Part shown: in pieces, positions 17,783 through 27,565 of the stretch
How positions within the stretch are numbered: the stretch's first letter is position 1
Layout of the letters: each line of letters opens with the position of its first letter
Origin: Candidatus Latescibacterota bacterium
GTDB lineage: Bacteria; Latescibacterota; UBA2968; UBA8231
Direction of reading: 5' to 3'
DNA: 64,000 nt
Assembly: GCA_965248265.1 (NCBI GenBank)
Contig: CBDFJF010000002.1
Location: 576,001 to 640,000 of the forward strand
Notes under the pieces: model-generated
The model's input: the letters and a program-made list of their open reading frames with translations, nothing else
Databases searched by the model: none
What the model was told of the DNA's origin: nothing
Position numbers and translations under genes: made by a program

Positions 17783-18670
17783 GTGCTCACTGAAGAAGAA
17801 AAGCGCGCGTTCTTCGAGGACGGGTACGTCATCGTCAGGGAGTTGATTGACGGCGATGAGCTCGAGACGTTATGCGAGCGCTACGCCGACCTCGTACTGG
17901 GACGCAAGCCAGAGTTCCCCGAACGCCACATCTCGCGCCACGAGCCTGGACAGGCTCCGGCGGATCAGCCCGATCCTCACGGCGAGCGGCACCAGCGGCG
18001 TGGAACTCAGGTGTTTCCCAGAGGTGAAGAGCTCTATCGGGCCCGGCGCGACACGCCCATGGAGGATCCTCTCGACGCCGTTTCAAACGTGAGCGTGCCC
18101 TCCCGCTACGACGATGCCTTCGACGCCTGCGCGCGCTCGGAAAAGGTCGTCGACATCGTCGAGCAGCTGATGGGGCCGAATCTCAAGCTCTACTACGACC
18201 AGGTATTCGCCAAACCGCCCTACGCGCCGGCCAACCGCTACCACCAGGATTCCGTGTTCTGGGGCTTCTTCGCCAGTGATTTCCAGATCACCTGCCAGCT
18301 CATGCTGGATGACTCGACCAAAGACAACGGCTGCATCCGCTTCATCCCTGGCAGCCACGAATTTGGTCTCATCGACTGGGATCACCTGCCCTACATGCTG
18401 ACCCCGGATGTCCTCGCGCGCGAGACCCAAGTGCCGCTCGCCGCAGGCGACGCGACGTTCCATCACAGCTTGACCTTGCACTGCAGCGGCCCGAACACCA
18501 CCGCGGCGCGTCGGCGGGGGTGGTCCATGCACTACGTCTCGGCCCGGACGCGCTATATCGGCACGCCCGAGGAGACCGAGAAAGTCAAGCAGCTCGACTG
18601 CCTCGAGGGCCCGGAACCGGTCAATGGCTGGCCGCTCGTCCGAGGACGCGAGTTCCCGGGCTGTGTATAG
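17783..18670 (+). CDS. Phytanoyl-CoA dioxygenase (PhyH) family protein
   Basis: FFEDGYVIV, YHQD, NGCIRFIPGSH, HHSLTLHCSGPN..RR; GTG start. Confidence 0.9.
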   Translation: MLTEEEKRAFFEDGYVIVRELIDGDELETLCERYADLVLGRKPEFPERHISRHEPGQAPADQPDPHGERHQRRGTQVFPRGEELYRARRDTPMEDPLDAVSNVSVPSRYDDAFDACARSEKVVDIVEQLMGPNLKLYYDQVFAKPPYAPANRYHQDSVFWGFFASDFQITCQLMLDDSTKDNGCIRFIPGSHEFGLIDWDHLPYMLTPDVLARETQVPLAAGDATFHHSLTLHCSGPNTTAARRRGWSMHYVSARTRYIGTPEETEKVKQLDCLEGPEPVNGWPLVRGREFPGCV

Positions 18671-18699
18671 AGTGAGTTCCCCAGGCTGCGTTTAGCCAC

Positions 18700-19944
18700 G
18701 TGACAAAGGAGATGAGCGAGCTCACGATCCGCGATGTCCGGGCCATCATAACCGAGCCACCCGGAGCCCGCACCCTCTGCATCGTCAAAGTGGAGACGAA
18801 CGAGCCCGAGCTCTACGGGTTGGGATGCGCCTCGTTCTTCTCGCGCGTGACGGCCGTGGCCAGAGCCGTCGACGATTACTTGAAGCCCTTCCTGGTCGGC
18901 AAGGACCCGGCCGAGATCGAGGATATATGGCAGTCCTGCAACGTGTCCGCCTACTGGCGCAACGGACCTGTCCTCAACAACGCCGTCAGCGGCGTCGACG
19001 AGGCGTTGTGGGACATCAAGGGTAAAGTAGCGGGGATGCCGATCTACGATCTGCTCGGCGGCAAGTCGCGGGAGGCAGCGGCCGTTTACGTGATCCCCAC
19101 CGGGGGCAGTAGAGAGGAATACGAAGAGGACATCCAGGATTTGCTGGGAAAAGGATTCCACCACCTGAAGCTGGGCTCATGGCATCCCGACAGGTCAGAC
19201 GACGAGGGCCCGAGGGTCGTGACGCCGAAGACTTCGAACGAAAGGGTATCCCTGTACGAGCCGGCACCGCACGCGCGCGACATCATTGGTGCTTTCGAGC
19301 ACTTCCGCGAAACGTTTGGACGGAATCCCGAAATCCTCTACGACGCCCACGAGCGTCTGCCGCCCATCCAGGGCGTCGCGCTGGCCAAGGACGTGGAGCA
19401 GTACAAGCCGTTCTTCCTCGAAGACGTCCTCTCGCCGGAAGACAACGACTACCACCGCCTCATCCGCGAGCAGACCTGCACGCCCTTGGCCATGGGAGAG
19501 CTCTACAGCAACCCACAGGAGATGGTGCCGATGATCAAGGACCGGCTCATCGACTTCATTCGCTGCCACGTATCCACGATCGGAGGCATCACTCCGGCCC
19601 GCAAGCTGGCAGCGTTGTGCGCGGCCTTCAATGTACGCACGGCCTGGCACGGCTCCGCCGACGTGTCCCCGGTCGGGCACGCCTGCAACTTCATGCTCGA
19701 CATGAACGTGTGGAATTTCGGTATCCAGGAGGCGTCCTGTTACAAGAACACGCATGAGACGTTGAAGGAAGTGTTCCCCGGGGTTCCCGAGGTGCGCAAC
19801 GGCTACATGTGGCCGAGCGGCAAGCCCGGTCACGGAGTCGATCTGAACGAGGAGCTTGCCGCCCGCTTTCCGCCCAAGAACATCGGCGGCCGCAAGCTGT
19901 GGGGGGACGCGCGCCGCAATGACGGCACAGTCATTAGACCCTAG
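18700..19944 (+). CDS. RspA/mannonate dehydratase-subgroup acid-sugar dehydratase
   Basis: YWRNGPVLNNAVSGVDEALWDIKGK, DAHERL, FLED, MGEL, AWHG, IQE, PGHGVD, terminal RNDG. Confidence 0.88.
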   Translation: MTKEMSELTIRDVRAIITEPPGARTLCIVKVETNEPELYGLGCASFFSRVTAVARAVDDYLKPFLVGKDPAEIEDIWQSCNVSAYWRNGPVLNNAVSGVDEALWDIKGKVAGMPIYDLLGGKSREAAAVYVIPTGGSREEYEEDIQDLLGKGFHHLKLGSWHPDRSDDEGPRVVTPKTSNERVSLYEPAPHARDIIGAFEHFRETFGRNPEILYDAHERLPPIQGVALAKDVEQYKPFFLEDVLSPEDNDYHRLIREQTCTPLAMGELYSNPQEMVPMIKDRLIDFIRCHVSTIGGITPARKLAALCAAFNVRTAWHGSADVSPVGHACNFMLDMNVWNFGIQEASCYKNTHETLKEVFPGVPEVRNGYMWPSGKPGHGVDLNEELAARFPPKNIGGRKLWGDARRNDGTVIRP

Positions 19945-19980
19945 TGCCCAGCGCACCTACCCACAGGATTGATTCATTTT

Positions 19981-20463
19981 TCAGTCTCGAACGCCCGGCG
20001 GTGGGGCCAGCGGAAAACCTCGACCCTCGTAGTCAAAGCCGCCGAGCTCCAATCGATCCAGGTCGGTCGCCTGCGGTGAAGCGTAGTAAGCGCGAATCTC
20101 CCTGATCAGGCCGGTCTGGCCGTCGAACTCGTACCACTCCATCCCCCGCAACACCGTGCCCTGCTTGGTCTTGAAGTGGGTCCACTCGCCGGCAGCCCGA
20201 TCCGCGTCCGGGGAAACGATCAGTGAATCGATGGTCCAGTAGGATCCCAGGTCAGCGACAGCCGTGCACCACTTTCGGGCGATCAAGTCGGCGCCCATCC
20301 ACGGACCGTCGTACATGCCCGGTGGAAAGTAGTGTGCGCAGTCCGGTGTAAGAGCGGAAATGATCTTCTCGGCGTCGGCCTCGCAACACCCCTCGATGTA
20401 GATCTCGATCACCCGCTCCAGGTCCCGTTTACGGGCAGCCTTCGTTTGCGCGTTCATCGCCAT
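19981..20463 (-). CDS. SnoaL/NTF2-like family protein
   Basis: Small alpha+beta protein with AAGEWT..LRGMEWYEF..IREIRAYY; GAGGA RBS. Confidence 0.78.
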   Translation of the reverse strand: MAMNAQTKAARKRDLERVIEIYIEGCCEADAEKIISALTPDCAHYFPPGMYDGPWMGADLIARKWCTAVADLGSYWTIDSLIVSPDADRAAGEWTHFKTKQGTVLRGMEWYEFDGQTGLIREIRAYYASPQATDLDRLELGGFDYEGRGFPLAPPPGVRD

Positions 20464-20532
20464 GTTCCTCAGTTCGATTGCGCGGTTTGACGATCTCCGG
20501 CTGGTGGTTTCATTCGTCCCGGTGGCCGGACA

Positions 20533-21014
20533 TCACCAGTCCTGCACCGAGCCGTCCTCACGGCGCCAGTGGGGCGGATCGGGATCGGACCAGGGATGCG
20601 CGGCCGCAGCTTCCTCGTTCAGCTCGATGCCCAGACCCGGTGACTCGGGGCAAAGCAGATACCCTCCCTCGGTGGCGAGGTCGTGTTCGATGACTTTGTC
20701 GATCCACCCCGAACTCGGCGCGTATTCCTGGACCGCGCAGTTGGGCACGGACATGTTCAGGTGCAGCATCGCCGCCGTGCTCACCGGACTGGCAGTATAG
20801 TGGAGGGCGAGCTCCTGGTAGTGCACCTCCCCCATGGCGGCGATCTTCTTCCCCTCCGTGATGCCGCCGCCGTGACAGATGTCCACGCGCAGGTAGTCGA
20901 CGAGCTCCCGCTCGATCAGCTCCCGGAAAGCCCACTTCGTCGTCAGCTGCTCCCCCGTGCCGAAGTCACGCTGACCCGATCACCGACCGCGGCGTGTGGC
21001 CGAATGCCTGTCAT
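20533..21014 (-). pseudogene. Galactonate dehydratase/mandelate racemase-like gene with large internal deletion
   Basis: ATG 21014 (MTGIRPHAAVGDRVSVTS) is joined out of frame to the C-terminal ATGEQLTTKWAFRELIE...DICHGGGIT...VQEY...PGLGIE...REDGSVQDW. Confidence 0.78.
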
Positions 21015-21030
21015 GGACAACGCGCTGCAA

Positions 21031-21870
21031 CTAGCGCTCGGGCTCGTCCATCTCCTCCCGTGCTTTGCGCGTCAACTCCCGCAGGTGTCCGTCGTTGGCC
21101 ATCCTCTGCTCCAGGTGCACCATCCGCTGCGGACTGGCCGTCTTGATCATCAGATCTCCGTAGGCCTGGTCTATCCAGAAGCGCGCCAGCACGGCGATAT
21201 TTTCCCGCAGACTGTCCAGTTCGTCGTCAGTGTGCCGGGGCTCGAGGATGATCGTGAACATCCGCCGCCTGGTGCTACCACCGAAGGCCGCATGCTTGAT
21301 CCGGCGGTCGAAGCAGACGAGATCGCCCGGCCGGGATTCCAGCGCCACCGCCGGCATTTCGCTGCCGTCGACACCCAGCCTCTCCTCGAAGTGTTGCTGG
21401 TCTATCCACGGTACCATGTCATTCAACGCCGTCGCATAAACGTCGCCGGTCTTGTGGCTGCCCGGAATTACCCTGAGGCAGCCGGTGTCCTCGGTGACCT
21501 CGTCCAGGTAGAAGGCTGCCTTGATGGTCTGCTTGGGAATTCCGGTGTCGGAGTGCCAGACGGTGTCCTCTACGTGCAGGTTGCCATCGCTTGATTTGTA
21601 GTTGTAGTCGCTGCCGAGCACGTCACAGGCAAAGGCGTCGATGCGAAAGTCGTCGAGCAGTCCGCACAGGTACTCATTGCGGTCGATGAACTGCAACAGG
21701 GCGGATTTACGACGGTAGTCGTGGGCCTGGCCGTGGTGCCCGCCACCGTGGTCCGCCCACACCTTTTCGAACGCCTCGGTAATACGGCCGATGTCGTCAG
21801 AGAACAGGCCGGGAAAGCAGACGAAGCCGAAGGTGTCGAAGAAGCGGACCTGCTGCTCCGTCGGGCTCAT
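21031..21870 (-). CDS. PhyH family dioxygenase
   Basis: FFDTFGF, WHSD, FYLD..TGCLRVIPGSH, PGDLVCFD..KH, RRMF. Confidence 0.9.
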   Translation of the reverse strand: MSPTEQQVRFFDTFGFVCFPGLFSDDIGRITEAFEKVWADHGGGHHGQAHDYRRKSALLQFIDRNEYLCGLLDDFRIDAFACDVLGSDYNYKSSDGNLHVEDTVWHSDTGIPKQTIKAAFYLDEVTEDTGCLRVIPGSHKTGDVYATALNDMVPWIDQQHFEERLGVDGSEMPAVALESRPGDLVCFDRRIKHAAFGGSTRRRMFTIILEPRHTDDELDSLRENIAVLARFWIDQAYGDLMIKTASPQRMVHLEQRMANDGHLRELTRKAREEMDEPER

Positions 21871-22313
21871 GCGCGGGCCCGGTTCAACCGGTCCTTGCGG
21901 TAGATGACGGGACAGTGTGCGGGCTCGTCGAGCGCTTCAGCCAGACCTTCGTTGGAATTTTCTGTGCGCAGATGAATGGCGAAACTCCTTCGCATATGGG
22001 TCGACAGGTTGGGGCCGGAGCCGTGATAGGTCAGGTTGTGATGAAAGCTGGCGCCGCCGGGTGGCAGGATCGCGTCGACCTCCTCCCAGGTCACACCCTC
22101 CGGCACGGCGATGGCCTCGCGCTGCTCTTCGTCGGGGGGATCCCGGGTTGCGATCCCCCCCTTGGAAGCATGCTGGTGTCGTATCCCGCGGATGGCATCC
22201 ATGCCTTCGGTGGCACGACGAAGGAGCTCATCGGGAACGAGGGGCTCCTGATGCAGGTAGAACCCATCGGCTTCATACTGTGCCCGGGCTGCAGACAGTG
22301 GTTGCGTCTCCAT
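21867..22313 (-). pseudogene. PhyH family gene with in-frame internal deletion (148 aa)
   Basis: AGGAG RBS; METQPL..YEADGFY runs directly into SFHHNLTYHGSGPN..RRSFAIH. The HxD and GCxxxxPGSH segments are absent. Confidence 0.72.
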
Positions 22314-22436
22314 CGAATGTCTCTCCTGACACACGGCGAGTCCGACGCGGCTGGTGCATCTGGAACAGCTGTTCGAGCGCCATGCCCTGGTACATCCAGA
22401 CGACACCGTGCAGCGTCCGTTTCCCGGGCGCCGAGG

Positions 22437-24026
22437 TTACAGCCGGTAGGCAAACAGCTTCGCCTGAAACATCCTCACACGGAAGGCCGCCATCTCGCCG
22501 ACGCGGGAGATGTCGCTGCTCCCCTTCCAGGTGACAACCTGCTCCTCCTCGTCGCCGGTGAGCCGGTCGCACTCATCGAAGGAATAGCCCTCGAGGGGAT
22601 TGGCATCCGGGCACAGCATCGTCGGCACGCGGGGCATCAGCTCGACCTGGATCCAGCCTCCCGGGGCACAGCGGTAGTTGAGGCGCAGCTCGTTTTCCAA
22701 CCGGAACACGGTCGGAATCGTGAAGCGCCCCTCGGACTCGGATTCCACTCCGCAAAAGCGGTGCGGCCGCCAGCGCGCCCACCGGTGCTGGACATCACCG
22801 TGACCCGGAAAGATCTCGGCCTGGCGATCCTCCTCCACCGTGTGCAGGATCGAGTTCCCCTGGTAGGGCACGGCCCAGTGGCCGTCGGGCAGCTCCACCA
22901 GGCCTTGGCGCCAGACGTGGATCTGGCCCTCATCGCCACTGCCGGGTGAGCCGAGGTTGGTGATGGGCCGGCGCTCGGGCCGGGTCCAGACCAGGCCGTC
23001 GCGGCTGAAGGCGATCTGCATGTCGACGTGATCGGTCATGCCGTGGAAGACCGGAAGGAACATGCCGTGCAGCTCCCGCCGACCCGGGTAGGGGAAGTAA
23101 CAGGCTCCGTAGTATGAGATGTCCAGGGGGTCCTGTGCATCTGGATGGACCAGGAGCCTGGCCGCCGGCCAGTGACGGAAGTTCTTCGTCCGCGTCAGCC
23201 CCACGGCACGGCGCACGACCTCCGTCTCCGGCATGCTGGTTCCCAGGGTTTTCGGCTCCACCGCAGCTCCACCCTGCGGTTGGATGTAGGCGAAGTAATC
23301 CTGGTTGTCCTCGTCGTAGCAGAGCGCCATGCCGCCGTTTACCGAATAGTTGCCGACCGGCTCTTCGATTTCCGTCCAGTTGTAGCGGTCCGGAGAGACG
23401 TGGCCTATCATCGCCCCTTTCAAGACGACCTTGCGACCGCTGTACGCCTCCCCCTCATAGTGCTCAGCGCGCCAGCACTTGTCTGCTTCGTCGCCGTCGA
23501 CTACCTCGCCGGTGTCGCGGTCGAGCCAGAATCCCTTGGCGCTAAGGGCCTTGTAGCGTTCGGCCGGCGGCGCGCTCGGATCCTTTAGAACGGCGCCGGG
23601 GATCGACGCTCCGAGAATGTTGTTCTCAGTTGACCCGTTGAACTCGGTCTTGCCCAGGACCGGCCGCTCCCAGTTGTAGCCGTCATCACTGACCGCCTGG
23701 CAGCCAACCTCGCCGACGTTGTAGAACATGTGGAAGCGTCCGTCTTCGTACCAGAAATTCGAGGGGCCCATGGAGCCCTTCTGCTCCCATTCCTTCTCGC
23801 GTGTCAGAAACGGTTCCGACTTGTCCGCTTCCTCCACCCGCAGCTGCACGCCAACGGGGCCGTCGAACATTTCATACCCGCCGTCCCGGGTGATGCTGCG
23901 GTGGCCGGTGAAGATCTCCATCACATCCACCATGGCCATCCAGGTGCCCGGATTGAACCGCGGGCGTACCCAGTCGCCCGGGAAGTAGCTACCGCGATCG
24001 AGGATCTGCTGCCGTTGGTCAGCCAT
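22437..24026 (-). CDS. GH32/43/130-like beta-propeller protein (paralog 3, divergent N-terminus)
   Basis: GAGG RBS before MADQRQQ (24026); SDDGYNWERP, ERYK, FSRDGLVW, WRPHRFCG, LRLNY, LFAYRL. Confidence 0.75.
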   Translation of the reverse strand: MADQRQQILDRGSYFPGDWVRPRFNPGTWMAMVDVMEIFTGHRSITRDGGYEMFDGPVGVQLRVEEADKSEPFLTREKEWEQKGSMGPSNFWYEDGRFHMFYNVGEVGCQAVSDDGYNWERPVLGKTEFNGSTENNILGASIPGAVLKDPSAPPAERYKALSAKGFWLDRDTGEVVDGDEADKCWRAEHYEGEAYSGRKVVLKGAMIGHVSPDRYNWTEIEEPVGNYSVNGGMALCYDEDNQDYFAYIQPQGGAAVEPKTLGTSMPETEVVRRAVGLTRTKNFRHWPAARLLVHPDAQDPLDISYYGACYFPYPGRRELHGMFLPVFHGMTDHVDMQIAFSRDGLVWTRPERRPITNLGSPGSGDEGQIHVWRQGLVELPDGHWAVPYQGNSILHTVEEDRQAEIFPGHGDVQHRWARWRPHRFCGVESESEGRFTIPTVFRLENELRLNYRCAPGGWIQVELMPRVPTMLCPDANPLEGYSFDECDRLTGDEEEQVVTWKGSSDISRVGEMAAFRVRMFQAKLFAYRL

Positions 24027-24066
24027 GGTTTTGCCTCTCAGGTCTTGTTTCGGTGACGTGCACGAC

Positions 24067-24570
24067 TCACCCACACTGCTCCCAAGCGCCCTCAGAAAAA
24101 CGGTCGTAGCGCTCATGCAGCGCCTCTACCGCCTCGGACGCGATCGGCAGACTGCCGTTGACCATCTCCACGTTCGATTCCACGAAACGGGAGCGTTGGG
24201 TGCCGACGATGGCCACGTCCACGACTGCATGCGCCAGCACGAATCCCAGCGCAGTCAGGATGCGATCATCCGGTTCCGACGGTAACGGCCCCTCCGCACT
24301 CATCACCCCACCACGGCGGAAATACTCCTCCGTGTAGGTGGGATAGCGCTCGTACGGATTCGGGTCTTCAGCGGCCCCCCACACCGCATTGGCGATCGGC
24401 CGCTTGACGATGATGCCCATGTTCTGTTGCTCGGCCTCCGGGTTGAAGGAAGTTTGCAGCGTGTCGAAGGCTCCAGTGCCGACCGCACACAAGGCGCTGT
24501 CGTTGTCGCCGGAATAGGCGATAAACCGTGTCTTGCCCGCATCCTTCGCCTTCTGCAGCGAGTCTGTCAC
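24067..24570 (-). pseudogene. Aldo/keto reductase, 5'-truncated and probably internally deleted
   Basis: KAKDAGKTRFIAYSGDN, LQTSFN joined directly to PEAEQQNMGIIVKRPIAN, VAIVGT. The N-terminal half with the catalytic Asp/Tyr/Lys/His is missing. Confidence 0.72.
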
Positions 24571-24662
24571 TCCTTGTCAGGATAGCTCAGGCGGCGAGGT
24601 CCCGGTTGAACATAGAGAACCCGAACCCCAGGTCCTATGACGACTCCGCCCGCCACCAAGCT

Positions 24663-24900
24663 TCAGGCGTACTCTCCTCGCCCATTCCAGTCCGGGTACT
24701 GCTCCTCCAGAAGCGCAAGTGTCTGGCTGTTGTAGTAGGTATGCCCGGCGGGAGGAAATCTGAAGAGCTCGCGTTGCCTCGGCGTAGAAGTTCTCCTCGT
24801 CGTGCCGGATTCAGTCGGGGTGTGTAGACCAGACTCGCCTGCGACGCTGACGACATCTTCCCCGGTGTAACAACTGCTATCCGCAAAGTGGCCGGGTGTC
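24663..24900 (-). pseudogene. Degraded PhyH-like C-terminal remnant
   Basis: TPRQRELFRFPPAGHTYYNSQTLALLEEQYPDW resembles the C-terminal tail of one PhyH subfamily; the upstream part is decayed. Confidence 0.45.
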
Positions 24901-25139
24901 AGAACCCTTGAGGGTGATGTGGTGCGTATGGTGGCAGGCCGCAGCATAAGAACCCGCTTGAACAGAGACGACTCGTTCGCCAGTGTTGACAATATCGTGA
25001 GGATCTCACGCTGGTCACACGAGATAAGTATCTGGCGGCGTATGAGCTCGCCATCCTCACAGCCTGAGCACTGTGCGCTCGGGAGATTCCTGAAAAAAGC
25101 GAAGTTCTCCGCTTAGCCGTCCCTGAAGTCAGCGACGAG

Positions 25140-26531
25140 TCACATCGTTCTCGCGACGCTGCCGATCTCGCGTTGCAATCTGGCGTCCACGTCAGCGACG
25201 GTCTCGGGCATGTCCGGCCAAGCGGCCGGCGGTACATGCGAAAGCCGGAGCAGGGTCCGCGCCAGGAAGGCGACGTACTCCTTCATCTCCCGCGTTCGCA
25301 CCTTGTCCACCGTGTCCCATGGCTCGGCTCTGAAATTCGATTCCGGGTGTCGGCCGACAAACCGCCATCGCCAGATGATGGCGTAGGGGATAGCGCTGCG
25401 GGCAAATGAGAAACCGTCGTTGGTATGATCGAGCATGGGCATGACGTGGCATTTCAAGCCTTCGTCCAATTCGTCGAGGGTGTTTTGGATGAGTGTCCGC
25501 AAGTGCGGGAACTGCAACACCATCCCCTTGATCGGACCCGCCGCCAATTCGTCGAGGTTGACGACCAGTTTGGGCTTGGGCTCCGGTCCGTGGTGCCGTC
25601 GAACGTAATCCGCCGAACCTTGATGGTTCTGCTCCTCGCCACTCCAGGCACAAGCCCTGATGCTCATCCCGGGTGAGACGCCGAACTCGTCGCGCAGACC
25701 CGCGAGCAGCCTCATGATCTCCAGAGTCACGACCAGTCCGGACCCGTCGTCCACTGCTCCGGGGGTGTCCATGTAGGTGTCTTGATGGGCACCCAGGACC
25801 AACGACTCGTTCGCCCAGGACGCCCCGGGCAGATCGGCAATCGAATTGTAACACGGTGCGGTGAATGTGCGGCTCTCGACCACGATCTCGAATGTCTTCC
25901 CCTTAGCCTGACGCAGTCTGACGCCGTCTTCCCGATGGGTCTGAACAGTGGGCAGTGGATGGGGTCGCACATCGCCGGCCTTATCATTCCAGCGTTTGTC
26001 CGTCGCCCGGATGGTCTCAATGTTGCCTCCGGCCCTGGCTTCGACGGCGATGGCAGCCGCGCAATTGATTGTAGACAAATCACGGAGTCGTTCTGGCAGT
26101 GGGACCGGGTCGCTGAAGGGCTCGTCGTCGATGTTGATGACGGCGATGCTGCCCGGAAGTTTGCCGGCTACAGGCCCAATCTCATGCGGCATGCCGAAAC
26201 CGACGTCGACGAGCGGCGCACGCAGATCGATCGGCGGACAATGGATCATGGGGACCAGTGCGATCGGCAGGTCGTCCTCTACCACCCTTCCTTCACACTT
26301 CGAGTAATCCCAGGCTTTGAGCTCGAATTCCTCGGAGCGTGGATTCGTCAGGCCGAATTCCTCGAAGCGTTCGACGATATAGCTGCCGGCAGCGAAATCT
26401 CCGGCAGTACCCGCCCATCGCGAGCCGATGCGCTCACAGATCTCGTACAGGAACTCGTCCAGACGAGAGCCAACGAAGGCCTCGCCTGTGAGCCATTTGT
26501 CGATCGCAGTCCAATCGAGGTTGTTAACCAT
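25140..26531 (-). CDS. M28 family peptidase with PA domain
   Basis: IGSRWAGT, GAHQDT, PGAVDDGSG, SGEEQ, NLD, DTVDK. Confidence 0.85.
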   Translation of the reverse strand: MVNNLDWTAIDKWLTGEAFVGSRLDEFLYEICERIGSRWAGTAGDFAAGSYIVERFEEFGLTNPRSEEFELKAWDYSKCEGRVVEDDLPIALVPMIHCPPIDLRAPLVDVGFGMPHEIGPVAGKLPGSIAVINIDDEPFSDPVPLPERLRDLSTINCAAAIAVEARAGGNIETIRATDKRWNDKAGDVRPHPLPTVQTHREDGVRLRQAKGKTFEIVVESRTFTAPCYNSIADLPGASWANESLVLGAHQDTYMDTPGAVDDGSGLVVTLEIMRLLAGLRDEFGVSPGMSIRACAWSGEEQNHQGSADYVRRHHGPEPKPKLVVNLDELAAGPIKGMVLQFPHLRTLIQNTLDELDEGLKCHVMPMLDHTNDGFSFARSAIPYAIIWRWRFVGRHPESNFRAEPWDTVDKVRTREMKEYVAFLARTLLRLSHVPPAAWPDMPETVADVDARLQREIGSVARTM

Positions 26532-26553
26532 ACCGGATGCCTAGCGTCCCCAA

Positions 26554-26964
26554 TTAGTGTGGCAATCTGGGTTGTAGCACAGCGTAGGCATAGGCTCCGA
26601 GCAGCACACCAGCGAAAGTGATGAGTGCCAGAAATTCTCCACTTCCAATCTGAGCGTAAATCGGTCCGGGACATGCCCCGGTAATGGACCAACCCATGCC
26701 GAAAAGAATCCCGCCGATCACGGTGCCCTTCTGAAACTTCTTCCCTTTTGCTTCGATGGTTTGTCCGCCTATGGTCTTCAGCCCGAGTTTTCTGATCAGG
26801 AGGAGGGAGATGACTCCCACCACAACCGCGGAGCCGATGATCAGAAACATGTGGGCTTCTTCGAAGCGAAACATCTTCTGAATCCTGAACCAGGAAGCCA
26901 CTTCAGATTTGACCAACAGCAGGCCGAAGTAGGTGCCTACCAAGGTTGAGAGTAGACTGTTCAT
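26554..26964 (-). CDS. YeeE/YedE-family (DUF6691-like) membrane protein
   Basis: FGLLLVKSEVASWFRIQKMFRF and GGILFGMGWSITGACPGP; ATGA overlap with the upstream partner. Confidence 0.85.
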   Translation of the reverse strand: MNSLLSTLVGTYFGLLLVKSEVASWFRIQKMFRFEEAHMFLIIGSAVVVGVISLLLIRKLGLKTIGGQTIEAKGKKFQKGTVIGGILFGMGWSITGACPGPIYAQIGSGEFLALITFAGVLLGAYAYAVLQPRLPH

Positions 26965-27458
26965 CCCTGACTCGCTCCGATGAGAAGCCAATCGAACATG
27001 GTGACCATGAACACGCCCCCCACGAAAAAGCTGATGGTCGCCACCAGGCTGGGCCATTTGAGATTGGACATGCCCATGATGGAATGGCCGGACGTGCATC
27101 CATCGGCATATCGCGTGCCGAACCCCACGAGCAATCCACCCAGGAAGAGGGCGATCGCTCCACTCCACTCGTGGTAGTGACCGGGCAACAACGGGAACGG
27201 CTGATTCGACAGCAGGCGCATACCAAGAAAACTGCCAAGGACGATGCCGACGACGAAAAACAGGTTCCACGATTCCTGTCGCCAGTCATTCTCCCGCAAG
27301 TACCCGATTGTCGTATTCGGCGCACACATGGAGCACAGATGCCGAAAACTGCTGGATATGCCAAACGGCTTTCCGACGATGACCAACAACAAGGGCACGG
27401 TCAGTCCGATCAACGGACCTGAAACGTACCAGGGCCAGGGTTCCAGTATCCACTCCAT
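26961..27458 (-). CDS. YeeE/YedE-family sulfur-compound transporter
   Basis: GAGG RBS; PWPWYVSGPLIG, FGISSSFRHLC, GFGTRYADGCTSGHSIMG. Confidence 0.88.
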   Translation of the reverse strand: MEWILEPWPWYVSGPLIGLTVPLLLVIVGKPFGISSSFRHLCSMCAPNTTIGYLRENDWRQESWNLFFVVGIVLGSFLGMRLLSNQPFPLLPGHYHEWSGAIALFLGGLLVGFGTRYADGCTSGHSIMGMSNLKWPSLVATISFFVGGVFMVTMFDWLLIGASQG

Positions 27459-27565
27459 GAGAATCCTCGCGGACAATTCAAAAAAGTGCGTCTATGTACA
27501 GACTGTAATTGCAATCTGGACAGCGCTATCACATACGCCATTAACGTCGTGCTGGGAGAAATGAA

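Noticed and set aside
17662-17832. Longer 549-aa version of propeller paralog 2
   Set aside because: It would overlap the divergent PhyH gene; paralog 1 begins at the position equivalent to 17661.
24580-24660. tRNA-like start GGATAGCTCAG
   Set aside because: No T-loop GTTCRA and no acceptor stem. The minus strand reads as a protein tail (DLGFGFSMFNRDLAA*).
26965-27270. 238-aa version of the YeeE partner
   Set aside because: It overlaps the upstream YeeE gene out of frame; the ATGA-coupled start at 26964 fits better.
13559-27502. Shared 10-mer TATGTACAGA in two divergent intergenic regions (13559 and 27493)
   Set aside because: Exact 10-mer matches are expected by chance at this sequence length, and the flanks do not align.
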